DNA of 31,267 bases from Coleofasciculus chthonoplastes F2-STO-03 (GCA_040222015.1 JAVJWO010000208.1:1-31267); one strand, 5' to 3'; shown: positions 1 to 9,814, numbered from the stretch's first letter. Notes: generated by a model from the sequence alone, not told the origin. Numbers and translations are program-made.

Positions 1-141
1 TGATCATAACGCAGCTATCAACATAAAAAATAGAGCGGAGGGGCATCCCGTTCTTAAAGCTCAACGTCTCCTACGCAATAGCCGGATTGGTTGAGAAGCC
101 TACACTATACCTGTACTCAGGTTAGTGTAGGAGTATGTCAC
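1..141 (+). mobile_element. tnpB: 3' end of a tnpB gene plus right end (omega-RNA region) of an IS200/IS605- or IS607-type element, truncated by window start
   Basis: Frame 2 (2-94) reads DHNAAINIKNRAEGHPVLKAQRLLRNSRIG*, a RuvC-III D-x-NAAxNI motif. It is followed by hairpin CCTACACTA(99-107)...TAGTGTAGG(123-131) with inner ACCTG/CAGGT, and a terminal GTCAC at 137-141. Confidence 0.85.
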
Positions 142-240
142 TACAAGCTAATCTTTGATTGACTGTAGGAGTAAGCCAAAAGCTGATATCCTAGACCTAC
201 CCCCCTATCATGATTGATTTAGCATTTCACGTTTTAAGGA

Positions 241-981
241 ATGTCAATAACCACCAAGCCTTCCCTGCGAGAGCAACAACACCCTCTTATTCGCCAATTA
301 ACCGACTGTATTGAAGCTAACTGGCGGCGTTACCTGGATTTGTCGCCCTATCAGCTTCCCTCTGACTTAGGCTATGTAGAGGGGCGTCTAGAGGGTGAGA
401 AACTCACGATTGAAAACCGTTGTTATCAGACACCACAGTTTCGTAAACTGCACTTGGAACTGGCAAAAGTGGGAACAATGCTCGATATCCTCCACTGTGT
501 CATGTTTCCTCGCCCAGAGTATAATCTACCCATGTTCGGCTGTGATTTAGTCGGCGGACGGGGGAAAATCAGTGCCGCGATCGCAGACCTTTCTCCAGTG
601 AATGCTCAGCGTATCTTACCTGACGTCTATCGCCAACCGTTACAAGCCTTACCAACCCCTCATTTCCAAGACGTTCGTGAGTTGCCAGAGTGGGGCGACA
701 TTTTTTCGGAATTTTGCATTTTTATTCGACCCAACACTCCTCAAGAGGAACAGCAATTTTTATCGCGAGTAGAGAATTTTCTCCAAATTCATTGTACTCA
801 TGCGGCTAATGCGACACCCGTCTCGGCTGAAAAACAAGCAGAAGTTTTAGCGGGTCAGCATTATTATTGCACCAAGCAGCAGGAAAATGATAAAACCCGT
901 CGTGTGCTAGAAAAAGCCTTTGGTGCGGATTGGGCAGAGTATTATATGACAACGGTATTGTTTGACTTGCCATCTGTGTGA
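241..981 (+). CDS. pcyA: Phycocyanobilin:ferredoxin oxidoreductase
   Basis: Motifs [51 protein letters not shown]; lies upstream of devBCA as in other cyanobacteria. Confidence 0.97.
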   Translation: MSITTKPSLREQQHPLIRQLTDCIEANWRRYLDLSPYQLPSDLGYVEGRLEGEKLTIENRCYQTPQFRKLHLELAKVGTMLDILHCVMFPRPEYNLPMFGCDLVGGRGKISAAIADLSPVNAQRILPDVYRQPLQALPTPHFQDVRELPEWGDIFSEFCIFIRPNTPQEEQQFLSRVENFLQIHCTHAANATPVSAEKQAEVLAGQHYYCTKQQENDKTRRVLEKAFGADWAEYYMTTVLFDLPSV

Positions 982-1166
982 TTAGTCATTTGTCATTCGT
1001 TGATTAGGAACTCTCTCCCCCTGCTTCCACAGCTCCCCCAGCTCCCAGACGTTCCACCGGAGGAGTCTCTACTACCCCATCCCATTAGACGTGCCTTATT
1101 CCTAGCGTCTATAACTGAAGGAGGGGCGCGAATTCTAGAGATTAATCCTATTTATATTAGGAATAT

Positions 1167-2585
1167 ATGGGGCATAAACCAGGGATGGATGAAGGACTAT
1201 TTTCAAAACCGATAACTCGTTGGGCGATCGCGCTGGCTGTTGGCGGAACCCTCGCAACTGGAGTTGCTGCCGTTTACAGCCTAAATCGGGTTCAACTCCG
1301 TCCAAATCAATCAAGTTCACAGCCTGCGGCTACACCCACGCTCGAAGCTGTAACCGCCTTAGGACGCTTGGAACCCGCTGGAGAAGTTCTGACTATATCC
1401 GCTCCGACATCGCTGGAGGGAGCCAATGTAGTGAAAGCATTACTCGTCTCGGAAGGCGATCGCGTTCGGGAAAATCAAGTGATTGCGATTATGGATAACC
1501 GCGATCGCTTACAAGCGGCTGTCGATCTTGCCAAAAAACAAGTTGAAATTGCTCAAGCGAATCTAGAACGAGTGAAAGCAGGTGCTAAAGCGGGTGCAAT
1601 TCAAGCTCAACAGGAAACCATTAATCGCCTGGAAAAAGAATTAGAGGGAGAAACAAAAGCCCAACAGAGCAAAATTAATCGCTTAGAAACTGAACTGAGA
1701 GAAACCACCAAAGCTCAAGAAGCCACGATTCAAGCCCAACAAGCCACTGTTAAAGGTCAAGAAGCTACGATTAGACGAATCGAGGCAGAAAAACGCAACG
1801 CTGACAACGACTTTGCCCGCTATCAACAATTAGCCGAAGATGGAGCCATTTCTACCTCAGAATTAGAAAGCCGCCGTTTGAGGGTGGAAACAGCCCTAGA
1901 ACGCCTGAGTGAGGCACAAGAAAACCTCAGTCAACAACAGGCGAATCTAATTCAAGCCGAAGCAAATAAAGCTCAAACCATCGCTAATCTTAACGAACAG
2001 CTTGAAGAAGCCAGAGTCAACCGCAACAAAACAATTGGCATTCTCGAAGCTCGGATTAAAGAAGAAGAAGCCCGCCTCGAAGAGATTAAAGAAATTCGTC
2101 CGGTTGATATTAAAAAAGCCGAAGCTGAAGTGGAAAGTACACTAGCTGCCGTTGAACAAGCCCAAGCTGATTTAGATTCATTAGCTTATGTGCGGGCTTC
2201 AGAAGATGGTCGAATTTTAGATATCAATACTTGGGCGGGGGAAACCATTAAAGCAGGGGAAGGAATTGTCGAACTGGGAAAAACTGACGAGATGATAGTG
2301 GTTGCTGAAGTCTACGAAAGCGATATTAGCAAAGTCCGTCTCGGACAACGTGTTGCCATCCGTAGTGAAGGCAAAGCATTTGAGGAAAAACTTCAAGGAA
2401 ATGTTAGCCAAATTGGACTACAAATTGGCAAAAAAGATATTCTGGATACCGATCCGGCTGCTGATGTTGATGCCAGAGTCGTGGAAGTGAATATTCGTCT
2501 ACGTCCAGAAGATAACCAAAAAGTTACCGGATTAACTAATTCAAAAGTTATCGTAGAAATATTCCTAGAATCAGAGTCGAATTAA
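1167..2585 (+). CDS. devB: DevB-family membrane fusion (HlyD-like) subunit of ABC exporter
   Basis: N-terminal TM helix, VTALGRLEP, long coiled coil, VAEVYESDI and DVDARVVEV motifs. The start could be a few codons later. Confidence 0.9.
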   Translation: MGHKPGMDEGLFSKPITRWAIALAVGGTLATGVAAVYSLNRVQLRPNQSSSQPAATPTLEAVTALGRLEPAGEVLTISAPTSLEGANVVKALLVSEGDRVRENQVIAIMDNRDRLQAAVDLAKKQVEIAQANLERVKAGAKAGAIQAQQETINRLEKELEGETKAQQSKINRLETELRETTKAQEATIQAQQATVKGQEATIRRIEAEKRNADNDFARYQQLAEDGAISTSELESRRLRVETALERLSEAQENLSQQQANLIQAEANKAQTIANLNEQLEEARVNRNKTIGILEARIKEEEARLEEIKEIRPVDIKKAEAEVESTLAAVEQAQADLDSLAYVRASEDGRILDINTWAGETIKAGEGIVELGKTDEMIVVAEVYESDISKVRLGQRVAIRSEGKAFEEKLQGNVSQIGLQIGKKDILDTDPAADVDARVVEVNIRLRPEDNQKVTGLTNSKVIVEIFLESESN

Positions 2586-2593
2586 TTGAAAAC

Positions 2594-2617
2594 CATGTCC
2601 TTTAGCGAAGCGAAGGA
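2594..2617. repeat. Small dispersed repeat (SDR-like, 24 nt)
   Basis: CATGTCCTTTAGCGAAGCGAAGGA matches 8006-8029 (inside tnpB) at 20/24 positions; both copies are preceded by AAAC. Confidence 0.7.
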
Positions 2618-2764
2618 TCAAGTCGAGGTGGGTTTAATTATATCAGGGTCAGGCAATAAATGATAATAGTGAAACCTGCCCCTACACACAACTTAAAATT
2701 TAAAACCAGGTTCCCTCAAACAAAATGAAGGGTCAACACGAAAAACTCAACCCTCGAAACTTCA

Positions 2765-3913
2765 ATGAAAATTCCACTCGCTTGGTTACAACTAAGCCGC
2801 GAAAAAATACGATTATTGGTCGCGATCGCGGGAATTGGCTTTGCTGATATTTTAATGTTTATGCAACTCGGGTTTCGTGATGCCTTGTTTGAGAGTAACG
2901 TGACCCTACATAAAAAGTTAAAAGGTGACATTTTTCTCATTAGCCCTCAGTCCACATCAACTATCGCCATGAAAAGCTTTCCCCAGCGGCGATTATATCA
3001 AGCTTTGGGTTTTGAGGGTGTTCAGTCTATTAGTCCACTCTATATGGATTTTGGATTATGGAAAAACCCGCAAACTCGAGCAACTCGCGCCATTATGGTT
3101 TTGGGATTTAATCCAGCTAATCCAGTATTAGATCTACCTGATGTTAACCAAAATTTGAATAAGATAAAAATAGAAAATGGGGTTTTATTCGATGATACTT
3201 CTAGACCAGAATATGGTTCAATTGCTCAACTATTTCGTCAAAAAGAAGAGGTAACGACAGAAGTAGAAGAACGCCGCATCCGGGTGGTGGGATTATTTAG
3301 TCTAGGCGCTTCCTTTGCTGCCGATGGAAATATTGTTACAAGTGATCTCAATTTTTTGCGGATCTTTCCACGACGAGATAAGGGACTAATTGATATTGGT
3401 ATAGTTCAATTACAACCCGGAGTAAATATCCAAAATGTTTTAACTAACATGAGACAGGAATTTCCTGATGATGTCACAATTTTGTCCAAGCAAGAATTTA
3501 TCGATTTTGAAAAAAAATACTGGCAAACCAGTACCGCGATCGGGTTTGTGTTTACCTTGGGAACAGTAATGGGGTTTGTTGTCGGTACAGTGATTGTTTA
3601 TCAAATTCTTTATACCGATGTTTCCGATCATTTACCTGAATATGCCACCCTCAAAGCGATGGGTTATACCAATCGTTATTTATTGATAGTGGTTTTCCAA
3701 GAAGCGCTTATTCTGGCTATTTTAGGATATATTCCCGGAATGGTAATTGCTTCGGGATTGTATGGTTTAACAAAAGCCGTAACTCGTCTACCGATGATGA
3801 TGTCCTTGACTAAAACTATAACTATTCTAATTTTGACAATTATTATGTGTTGTGTATCGGGGGCGATTGCTGTGCGGAAGCTGAAAGCTGCCGATCCTGC
3901 TGATATTTTTTAG
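2765..3913 (+). CDS. devC: DevC-family ABC transporter permease
   Basis: Starts MKIPLAWLQL, contains YQILYTDVSDHLPEYATLKAMGY and ends ADPADIF, all typical of DevC. Confidence 0.95.
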   Translation: MKIPLAWLQLSREKIRLLVAIAGIGFADILMFMQLGFRDALFESNVTLHKKLKGDIFLISPQSTSTIAMKSFPQRRLYQALGFEGVQSISPLYMDFGLWKNPQTRATRAIMVLGFNPANPVLDLPDVNQNLNKIKIENGVLFDDTSRPEYGSIAQLFRQKEEVTTEVEERRIRVVGLFSLGASFAADGNIVTSDLNFLRIFPRRDKGLIDIGIVQLQPGVNIQNVLTNMRQEFPDDVTILSKQEFIDFEKKYWQTSTAIGFVFTLGTVMGFVVGTVIVYQILYTDVSDHLPEYATLKAMGYTNRYLLIVVFQEALILAILGYIPGMVIASGLYGLTKAVTRLPMMMSLTKTITILILTIIMCCVSGAIAVRKLKAADPADIF

Positions 3914-4022
3914 AGGGTGAATAAGGGAGAAGGGAGATGGTAGAAGACAGTTTCAAGGCAAGTGTACACAAGGGATAGAGAAGGTTATCAAATTTGATTT
4001 TGGATGACGTATGAATTATGAA

Positions 4023-4136
4023 TAAGGGCGGGTTTTGTTGTTCCGTTATTGGTGAATATCTGAATTGAGTCCCTAAACCCGCCCCTACGATTGTCCCTAA
4101 ACCCGCCCCTACGATTGTCCCTAAACCCGCCCCGAC
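4023..4136. repeat. REP-like GGGCGGGTTT...AAACCCGCCCCTAC element with 24-nt tandem triplication
   Basis: GTCCCTAAACCCGCCCCTACGATT at 4069-4092 and 4093-4116, partial at 4117-4136; complementary arm GGGCGGGTTT near 4025. A related degenerate element lies at about 2622-2685. Confidence 0.85.
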
Positions 4137-4171
4137 AAGAGACGTATAAAATTATAATAGATTTATGAGTT

Positions 4172-4903
4172 ATGACTTATCACGTATTACGTCAATATCC
4201 TGTCGTCTCGATTAAAAATCTCAACCATTATTTTGGTAAAGGTTCTCTACGTAAACAAATTCTCTTTGATATCAACCTAGAACTATTATCTGGAGAAATT
4301 GTCTTGGTGACAGGTCCTTCGGGTTCAGGTAAAACGACCTTGTTAACGCTAATTGGGGGCTTGCGTTCACCCCAATCGGGTCAAGTTCAGGTTTTAGGAC
4401 AGGAACTTGTCGGTGCGACAGAAGAAAAACTGGTGCAAGTGCGCCGTCATATTGGTTATATCTTTCAATCTCATAATTTGCTCAAGAGTCTTACGGCGTG
4501 CCAAAACGTGCAAATGTCTGTGGAACTTCACCCGGATATTTCTCCCGTCGAGGCGGTAGCGAAATCAACAGCGATATTAACCACAGTCGGTTTAGCCAAT
4601 CATCTTAATAACTACCCGGATAACCTTTCTGGCGGACAAAAACAGCGGGTGGCGATCGCACGGGCGTTAGTGAGTCGTCCTCAGTTAGTTCTAGCTGACG
4701 AACCCACAGCAGCTTTGGATAGTCAATCTGGACGGAATGTAGTGGAATTAATGCAACATTTAGCAAAAGAACAAGGATGCACCATTCTACTCGTGACCCA
4801 CGATAACCGAATTCTGGATATTGCCGATCGGATTATTCATATCGAAGATGGACATATTCAAAGATGTCATAACCATGCCCTCGATGGTCGCGAAGGGTCA
4901 TAA
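4172..4903 (+). CDS. devA: DevA-family ABC transporter ATP-binding protein
   Basis: Walker A GPSGSGKT, signature LSGGQ, Walker B LVLADE, VTHD switch; follows devC. Confidence 0.95.
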   Translation: MTYHVLRQYPVVSIKNLNHYFGKGSLRKQILFDINLELLSGEIVLVTGPSGSGKTTLLTLIGGLRSPQSGQVQVLGQELVGATEEKLVQVRRHIGYIFQSHNLLKSLTACQNVQMSVELHPDISPVEAVAKSTAILTTVGLANHLNNYPDNLSGGQKQRVAIARALVSRPQLVLADEPTAALDSQSGRNVVELMQHLAKEQGCTILLVTHDNRILDIADRIIHIEDGHIQRCHNHALDGREGS

Positions 4904-5016
4904 GCAATAAGTAATACGTTATAAAATGGAGGATTTAGTAGCATCAGTTACTTGGATTAAGAACGACATTTAGGGTTGAGCAACTTTATCTAATGATTGG
5001 TAGATGGTAAATGGGT

Positions 5017-5793
5017 TTAGTTAATCCGCGCCCGATTTGTTCTTAAGGTCACGTTAACCCCCTCACTGGATTGCTGAAGCACCAGTAAAGGAGTTGGTTT
5101 AGCCTTTTGATCCCAGTGAATTGAAACAATTCGTCCTTGAATCGTGGGTTGCCAGCTTTCATCCTCTGGACTAAGAAAAGTTTCGATACAATCAATAATC
5201 TGACTAATCGTGGCTGAGGTGGCTTGAGTCGGTAATTTAGTCAACTTGATTTGAATCCGGAACAGCACTCGCATGGTACGTTTACCACTGCTTTCTGTCT
5301 CATACTTCACATCAAACAGTTCATCAACTTGTCGTCCCGTGGTACTAGCAATCCCGATCGCGCTTTGAGTCGCCTGATTCGGTCGTAGCGCCACACTGAT
5401 GATGTTTTTAACCTTGATTTTGATTTGATTAACGATAGCAAAATGGAATACCTCTTCCTCCATCCGCAATCGCAGATAGTCTAAATTGAACTCGCGAGAG
5501 TGAACCAAATCCGGATTCGTTTCCATTTTACGGATCGTGTTGAGCGCCAACTTCAACTTTTTCTGGAGGTCTTTGGTTTTAAACTGCTCAAATTTCAGCT
5601 TTTTCGTCGCGGCATTCAATTGCATTTTGCCATAGACCAGTAAGCCGATCACGAGTAAGAACAGTCCCATGGAGACAAACATCCAGGGTGATCCGAAAGA
5701 CTCATTGTTTGGGGGTGAAGGAGAGACAGCCGTGGGTGACGGCTGAGAAACTTGAGCTAATGTAGATTCTCTAGGGATAATCGAACTGGACAT
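5017..5793 (-). CDS. Hypothetical single-pass membrane protein
   Basis: Long ORF, likely starting at ATG 5793 (MSSSIIPRE) although the open frame extends to 5934. One hydrophobic helix (WMFVSMGLFLLVIGLLVY) then a coiled coil and a globular domain. Confidence 0.7.
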   Translation of the reverse strand: MSSSIIPRESTLAQVSQPSPTAVSPSPPNNESFGSPWMFVSMGLFLLVIGLLVYGKMQLNAATKKLKFEQFKTKDLQKKLKLALNTIRKMETNPDLVHSREFNLDYLRLRMEEEVFHFAIVNQIKIKVKNIISVALRPNQATQSAIGIASTTGRQVDELFDVKYETESSGKRTMRVLFRIQIKLTKLPTQATSATISQIIDCIETFLSPEDESWQPTIQGRIVSIHWDQKAKPTPLLVLQQSSEGVNVTLRTNRARIN

Positions 5794-6102
5794 AATGCCT
5801 GCTGGAGAAAACGTAAGAGTTATTTCTAGAATGCCTTCCAGGGAGTGCATCGGGTGCAATCTCGCCCTTGCTAAATCTGCTGGGTATACCGACAGCCATT
5901 TTTTGTCGGTGGGGAAAACACTGTACCGAGTCATAAACTCTTGCGAAAGTCCCCTAGGACTCCGCCATGAATGTTAGATTGTTCTGGATTTGTGTGGTTG
6001 ATCGATTTGTCGCTTCAATTACAGATGCACCCATGCAGATTTTGAATTACAGTCCTGGAAAAAGATAGCAGCAAACAGAGGTGTTTGTGCTGATTGTTAC
6101 CC

Positions 6103-7764
6103 TTAGTGGCGCCAGCGTGCCCGGTAGCTGCGAGCATCAATGTGGCACAAATTAGGAAACCGACTATAGCGACCTAAACCACCGGGCCACCATGGTTCCA
6201 GAGACCAATAAATCTGATTACCACTTAACCCTTCACACACAAAATCCATGGCATCTCCCACCAGATGCCGACTATACGTGGCACCCCCAACTGCTCGATT
6301 AATGTGAGGAGGACGATACCAACTGGTGACGATAAAAGGTCGCCCAATGCGATCGCGTGCCCGTTGTGCCAGTTTCGCAATGCGAATCATAGCATCCACT
6401 GTAGCTTGGTTAGGGGGCATACGTGTACCTCCATGGGTGGCTTCCGCCCAGGTAAAGCTACCATCGGGAATAATTGGTGCTAATAGCTGAATATTGTAAG
6501 GTGTCCACCGTTCAGGACGTTTGGGAGTCAAAATAGGCGTCGGCTTGGGCGGTGCTTCTTGGGCTTGGCGACGGGCTTCATTCATCCGTTTTTGGTCGTC
6601 TAGGAGAGATTGCACCGCCTGATTTCGCGTGGGCAAATCTCGCCACAGTTGCACCAGACGAATTAACGCTTCCCGTTGGTTGTCCTCTTCTTTGTAATCT
6701 TTGGGTATCTTGCCGACAAAGCTGATCAGTTCTCGATCGAGTTCCGCTGCCAGTTTTTGCATCGCGGTGGGATCAGTAGTATTCGCTTGCAGGATGTCTG
6801 GATTAATGCCGAGGTGACTTAATACCGTGGCGCGGGAGTCGAATTGATTCCAGAGTCGAAAGCCTTCGGTGAGGGCATTGCGTTGGCTACCTTGTCCCTG
6901 ATAGAATTTCGGCACACGCTCGACGAATGCCACCAGAGCCGGATCAATAATATCCAGATTTTCTTCGGGGGAGGCACTTTTTTCCAAAGACGCGATCGCT
7001 TCTTCTCGGGTTCGCAGTTGACGCCACAGTTGAGTTAAGCGCAGCAGTGCTTCCCGTTGATGGGGATAACCGCTATAGTTAGCAGAAACCCGTCCCATAA
7101 ATTGCTTGAGGGGAATATCCAATAGTGATTCATCCTCACGCGCTGATTCTACCTGATCCGTTGGCACTAACGAAGCAATCGCCGCATCCCGCGTATCCAG
7201 TTCCCGCCACACTCGCACCGCTTCAAGCAACGCATCCCGTTGATGCGGTAATCCCTGATAATACTCTGGTAGTCGATCCAAAAGCGTCAGTAAGGCTTTA
7301 TCCAGATAGGCAAGGTTTTGGGGCAGGTTTTCACTGGTGAAGTCGGCGGCTAAATCCGCCAGATACGCTTGTTTAAGGGACTCAAAGTTACTCGGTTCTA
7401 AACGTGCCACATAGGGTTGACTAGCTGGCGGTACATATCCCCTAGCCACGTTTTGCAGGAACTCGTCACTATAGCGTCCCTGTTCGGACAGCCATAAATC
7501 ACTCCCTTGCTGTCCCTGAACAATTAAACTATCAGTAAGCGATCGGATCACATTCGCAGCATACTGGACTTGTTCTGAGAACGTATTCACCTGATCAGGG
7601 GATACCCGATTAGCCGGGGATATGCCTAACCCTGTTTCCTCATCACCCAGGGTGGGAGAAGAATGAACCTGATAGAGAGCCGCCAAAATTGGCTTGTGAA
7701 TCCCCGCTCGTTCGGCAGCTAGAAGATAATAATAATTCCGTTGGTCTGGTGAGAGTATTGTCAT
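6103..7764 (-). CDS. Peptidase M15A family (D-Ala-D-Ala carboxypeptidase-type Zn metallopeptidase) with repeated N-terminal region
   Basis: C-terminal VTSWYRP...N..VGGA..SRH..GDAMDF...HID motifs typical of the Peptidase_M15_3 domain. Confidence 0.88.
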   Translation of the reverse strand: MTILSPDQRNYYYLLAAERAGIHKPILAALYQVHSSPTLGDEETGLGISPANRVSPDQVNTFSEQVQYAANVIRSLTDSLIVQGQQGSDLWLSEQGRYSDEFLQNVARGYVPPASQPYVARLEPSNFESLKQAYLADLAADFTSENLPQNLAYLDKALLTLLDRLPEYYQGLPHQRDALLEAVRVWRELDTRDAAIASLVPTDQVESAREDESLLDIPLKQFMGRVSANYSGYPHQREALLRLTQLWRQLRTREEAIASLEKSASPEENLDIIDPALVAFVERVPKFYQGQGSQRNALTEGFRLWNQFDSRATVLSHLGINPDILQANTTDPTAMQKLAAELDRELISFVGKIPKDYKEEDNQREALIRLVQLWRDLPTRNQAVQSLLDDQKRMNEARRQAQEAPPKPTPILTPKRPERWTPYNIQLLAPIIPDGSFTWAEATHGGTRMPPNQATVDAMIRIAKLAQRARDRIGRPFIVTSWYRPPHINRAVGGATYSRHLVGDAMDFVCEGLSGNQIYWSLEPWWPGGLGRYSRFPNLCHIDARSYRARWRH

Positions 7765-7804
7765 GATAAATTTTGATAATTCAAGCTATAGCACCCATTA
7801 CAGA

Positions 7805-9246
7805 TTGACACTCCCCCGGTTAAAACGCGGGGGATACCTTCTTCTCCGACTCGCCGTTAGACGACAGGATTGCTCCAACCGTCCAAGAGGGCAAATCTCC
7901 CCAAGCGTAAGTTCCGGTGTGCCCCACCGTACTTAATCCTTTTTGCAGGATGTTTAAACTAGCTGCAATATCCCTGTCCTCAACATACCCGCAGTTACCA
8001 CAAACCATGTCCTCGAACGAAGTGAAGGAATGGGTTCGTTGAGACAGGGATTTTTTGACTCGATGGTGACACTCTGGACAATCTTGGGAGGTGTAGTGCG
8101 GAGGAACCGCGACTGTCACTTTCCCATACTTGTGTCCAAAGTATTCTAACCACCGTCTAAATGTAGACCAGCCTGCATCAGAGATAGACTTAGACAAGTG
8201 ACGATTTCTTACCAAACCTTTAACATTTAAGTCTAGCCTTCGGCAAGCCGCTGGCGCGTCTACGTATGCTACCAAGTCGTTAGATTGGATCACGGAGTAT
8301 GCGACTCGCTTGCAATACTCTTTTCGCTGCCTACTTACTCTTAAATGCTTCCGGGCATATCGGCAACATGCTTTTTGATAGTTGTTTGACTGCGGTTTTG
8401 CTCCCTTTTGGTACTTCTTAGACTTCTTACGGTTGGCTCGATTGAGCTGTCTTTCCGATTGGCGGTAAAACTGCGGCGACTCTTCTGTATGTCCAGTTGA
8501 GTCAGCTAGGAAATATTTGATTCCTAGATCTAATCCGATGGCTCTACCTGTTGGTTGAGTTTTTATTCGGATATTAGCTTTAACCGCAAATTGTGCATAG
8601 TAGCCGTCAGCACGTCTAACTAACCTTACCCGTTTGATTTGGTCAATAGAGTAGAAGAGGAGGTCGTAAGTACCCTTAAGCTTTAGTCGCCCTATTCCTT
8701 TCTTGTCGCTAAAGGTAATGGCTTTTCGATTTTCAGACAGTTTCCAGCCGCTCGTCTTATACTCGACAGAGCGGCAATTCTTCTTGAATCGGGGGAAGCC
8801 AATATTTCCCTTGATTTTGTTTCGACAGTTTTCGTAGAAGCGACTAATTGCACTCCAAGCACGTTCAGCCGATGACTGACGTGCTTGAGAATTGAGTTCC
8901 CCAGCAAAGCTAAACTCTTTTGCTAGTACGCGGCAATATTTGTTGAGGTCGTACTTGTCGATACCTTCGTTATCTATCCAGTACCGCAAGCACTTGTTAT
9001 GGACGAACTGTGCCGTCCGAATCGCCTCATCAATGGCAGCGTATTGAGCGGGTTTAGCTTTTACCTTAAACTCAAAAACTATCATTGTTTTTGCTCAAGA
9101 TTATAATGTTCACTATAGAATAACTAGACCAATTGCGCCAGCCACAACTAAAGTTGTTAGGTTGAACCTTGCTCGGTGAAACCTTGAGCGAAGTCGAAAG
9201 GTTTCATCCCCCGACTAAAGTACGGAGGTTTTCACCATCGCGTTCT
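7805..9246 (-). mobile_element. tnpB-only (IS1341-like) IS200/IS605-family element; no tnpA
   Basis: On the minus strand the right end is the hairpin CCCCCGCGTTTTAACCGGGGG then AGTGTCAA, ending at 7805. The left end has hairpin CCTCCGTACTTTAGTCGGGGG (about 9208-9228), with TTAT (9250-9247) just outside as a plausible target motif. Confidence 0.85.
7820..9085 (-). CDS. tnpB: TnpB RNA-guided endonuclease homolog, predicted nuclease-dead (RuvC-II Glu missing)
   Basis: RuvC-I IGLDLG, zinc finger CPEC...CGNC and RuvC-III DRDIAASLNI are present. The expected DLVAYEDLNV reads DLVAYVDAPAACRRLDLNV. Confidence 0.9.
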   Translation of the reverse strand: MIVFEFKVKAKPAQYAAIDEAIRTAQFVHNKCLRYWIDNEGIDKYDLNKYCRVLAKEFSFAGELNSQARQSSAERAWSAISRFYENCRNKIKGNIGFPRFKKNCRSVEYKTSGWKLSENRKAITFSDKKGIGRLKLKGTYDLLFYSIDQIKRVRLVRRADGYYAQFAVKANIRIKTQPTGRAIGLDLGIKYFLADSTGHTEESPQFYRQSERQLNRANRKKSKKYQKGAKPQSNNYQKACCRYARKHLRVSRQRKEYCKRVAYSVIQSNDLVAYVDAPAACRRLDLNVKGLVRNRHLSKSISDAGWSTFRRWLEYFGHKYGKVTVAVPPHYTSQDCPECHHRVKKSLSQRTHSFTSFEDMVCGNCGYVEDRDIAASLNILQKGLSTVGHTGTYAWGDLPSWTVGAILSSNGESEKKVSPAF

Positions 9247-9726
9247 ATAACTACCCATCGCCAACAGTTAGCTCAAACCTATCAACGCCTCAAATCTGAA
9301 TTTCCCCAGCTTCACGAATCCCCTGACAATCGCTTTCGGATCACCGACTGGACGTTTGATAATCGCAATCTCAGCGTGGAGCAACTCGAACACCTTAACG
9401 CTCTTTGTATCTCAATGGATTGGGGATTTACCTATAGTTCGGTGCAATGTCACATCAAACCCCGATCTCAGGATAAAGCGACTGGATTAATCCAAGTGTT
9501 ACGTGACCATTTTCCCCAATATCAACCGGAACAAGTTCTGACAGTGGGTGATAGCCCTAACGATGCCAGTTTATTTAACCCCCAGTTATTTCCCCTATCC
9601 GTAGGCGTGGCTAATGTTTTGGATTATAGGGATGAACTGGACTATAAACCCGCTTATGTTACCGATGCTACAGAAGGTGAGGGATTTTGTGAGTTAGTAG
9701 AGTACCTGCATCAGGTAGGAAGGTAA
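9247..9726 (+). pseudogene. 5'-truncated HAD-superfamily (IIB/Cof-like) hydrolase
   Basis: C-terminal half only (DNRFRITDWTFD, DKATGL, LTVGDSPND = HAD motifs III/IV). Motif I (DxDGT) is absent and similarity begins at the IS left end. Confidence 0.8.
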
Positions 9727-9734
9727 TTGCTCCC

Positions 9735-9796
9735 TGACTCTTGACAAATGACTCTTGACAAATGACAAATGACAAATGACAAATGACAAATGACAA
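9735..9796. repeat. Heptamer tandem repeat (TGACAAA)n, STRR-type
   Basis: About nine TGACAAA/TGACTCT units immediately upstream of the lysC RBS (AGGAG 9802-9806). Confidence 0.9.
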
Positions 9797-9814
9797 GGTG
9801 TAGGAGCAAGATTT

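Noticed and set aside
1000..1498. Short ORFs 1000-1215, 1135-1320 and 1220-1498, and other short ORFs overlapping long genes
   Set aside because: They are shadow frames of real genes or low-complexity repeats, with no recognisable motifs.
4069..4136. 24-nt direct repeats as a mini CRISPR array
   Set aside because: The units are head-to-tail with no spacers, match a REP-like motif, and no cas genes are nearby.
1167..4903. devBCA as the exporter for the orphan cluster
   Set aside because: pcyA-devBCA is a conserved core arrangement about 10 kb away with normal HIP1 content; nothing links it to the cluster.
9169..9246. N-terminus of the 185-aa ORF as real coding sequence
   Set aside because: It is IS left-end and repeat DNA read in frame from a TTG; HAD similarity starts near 9247.
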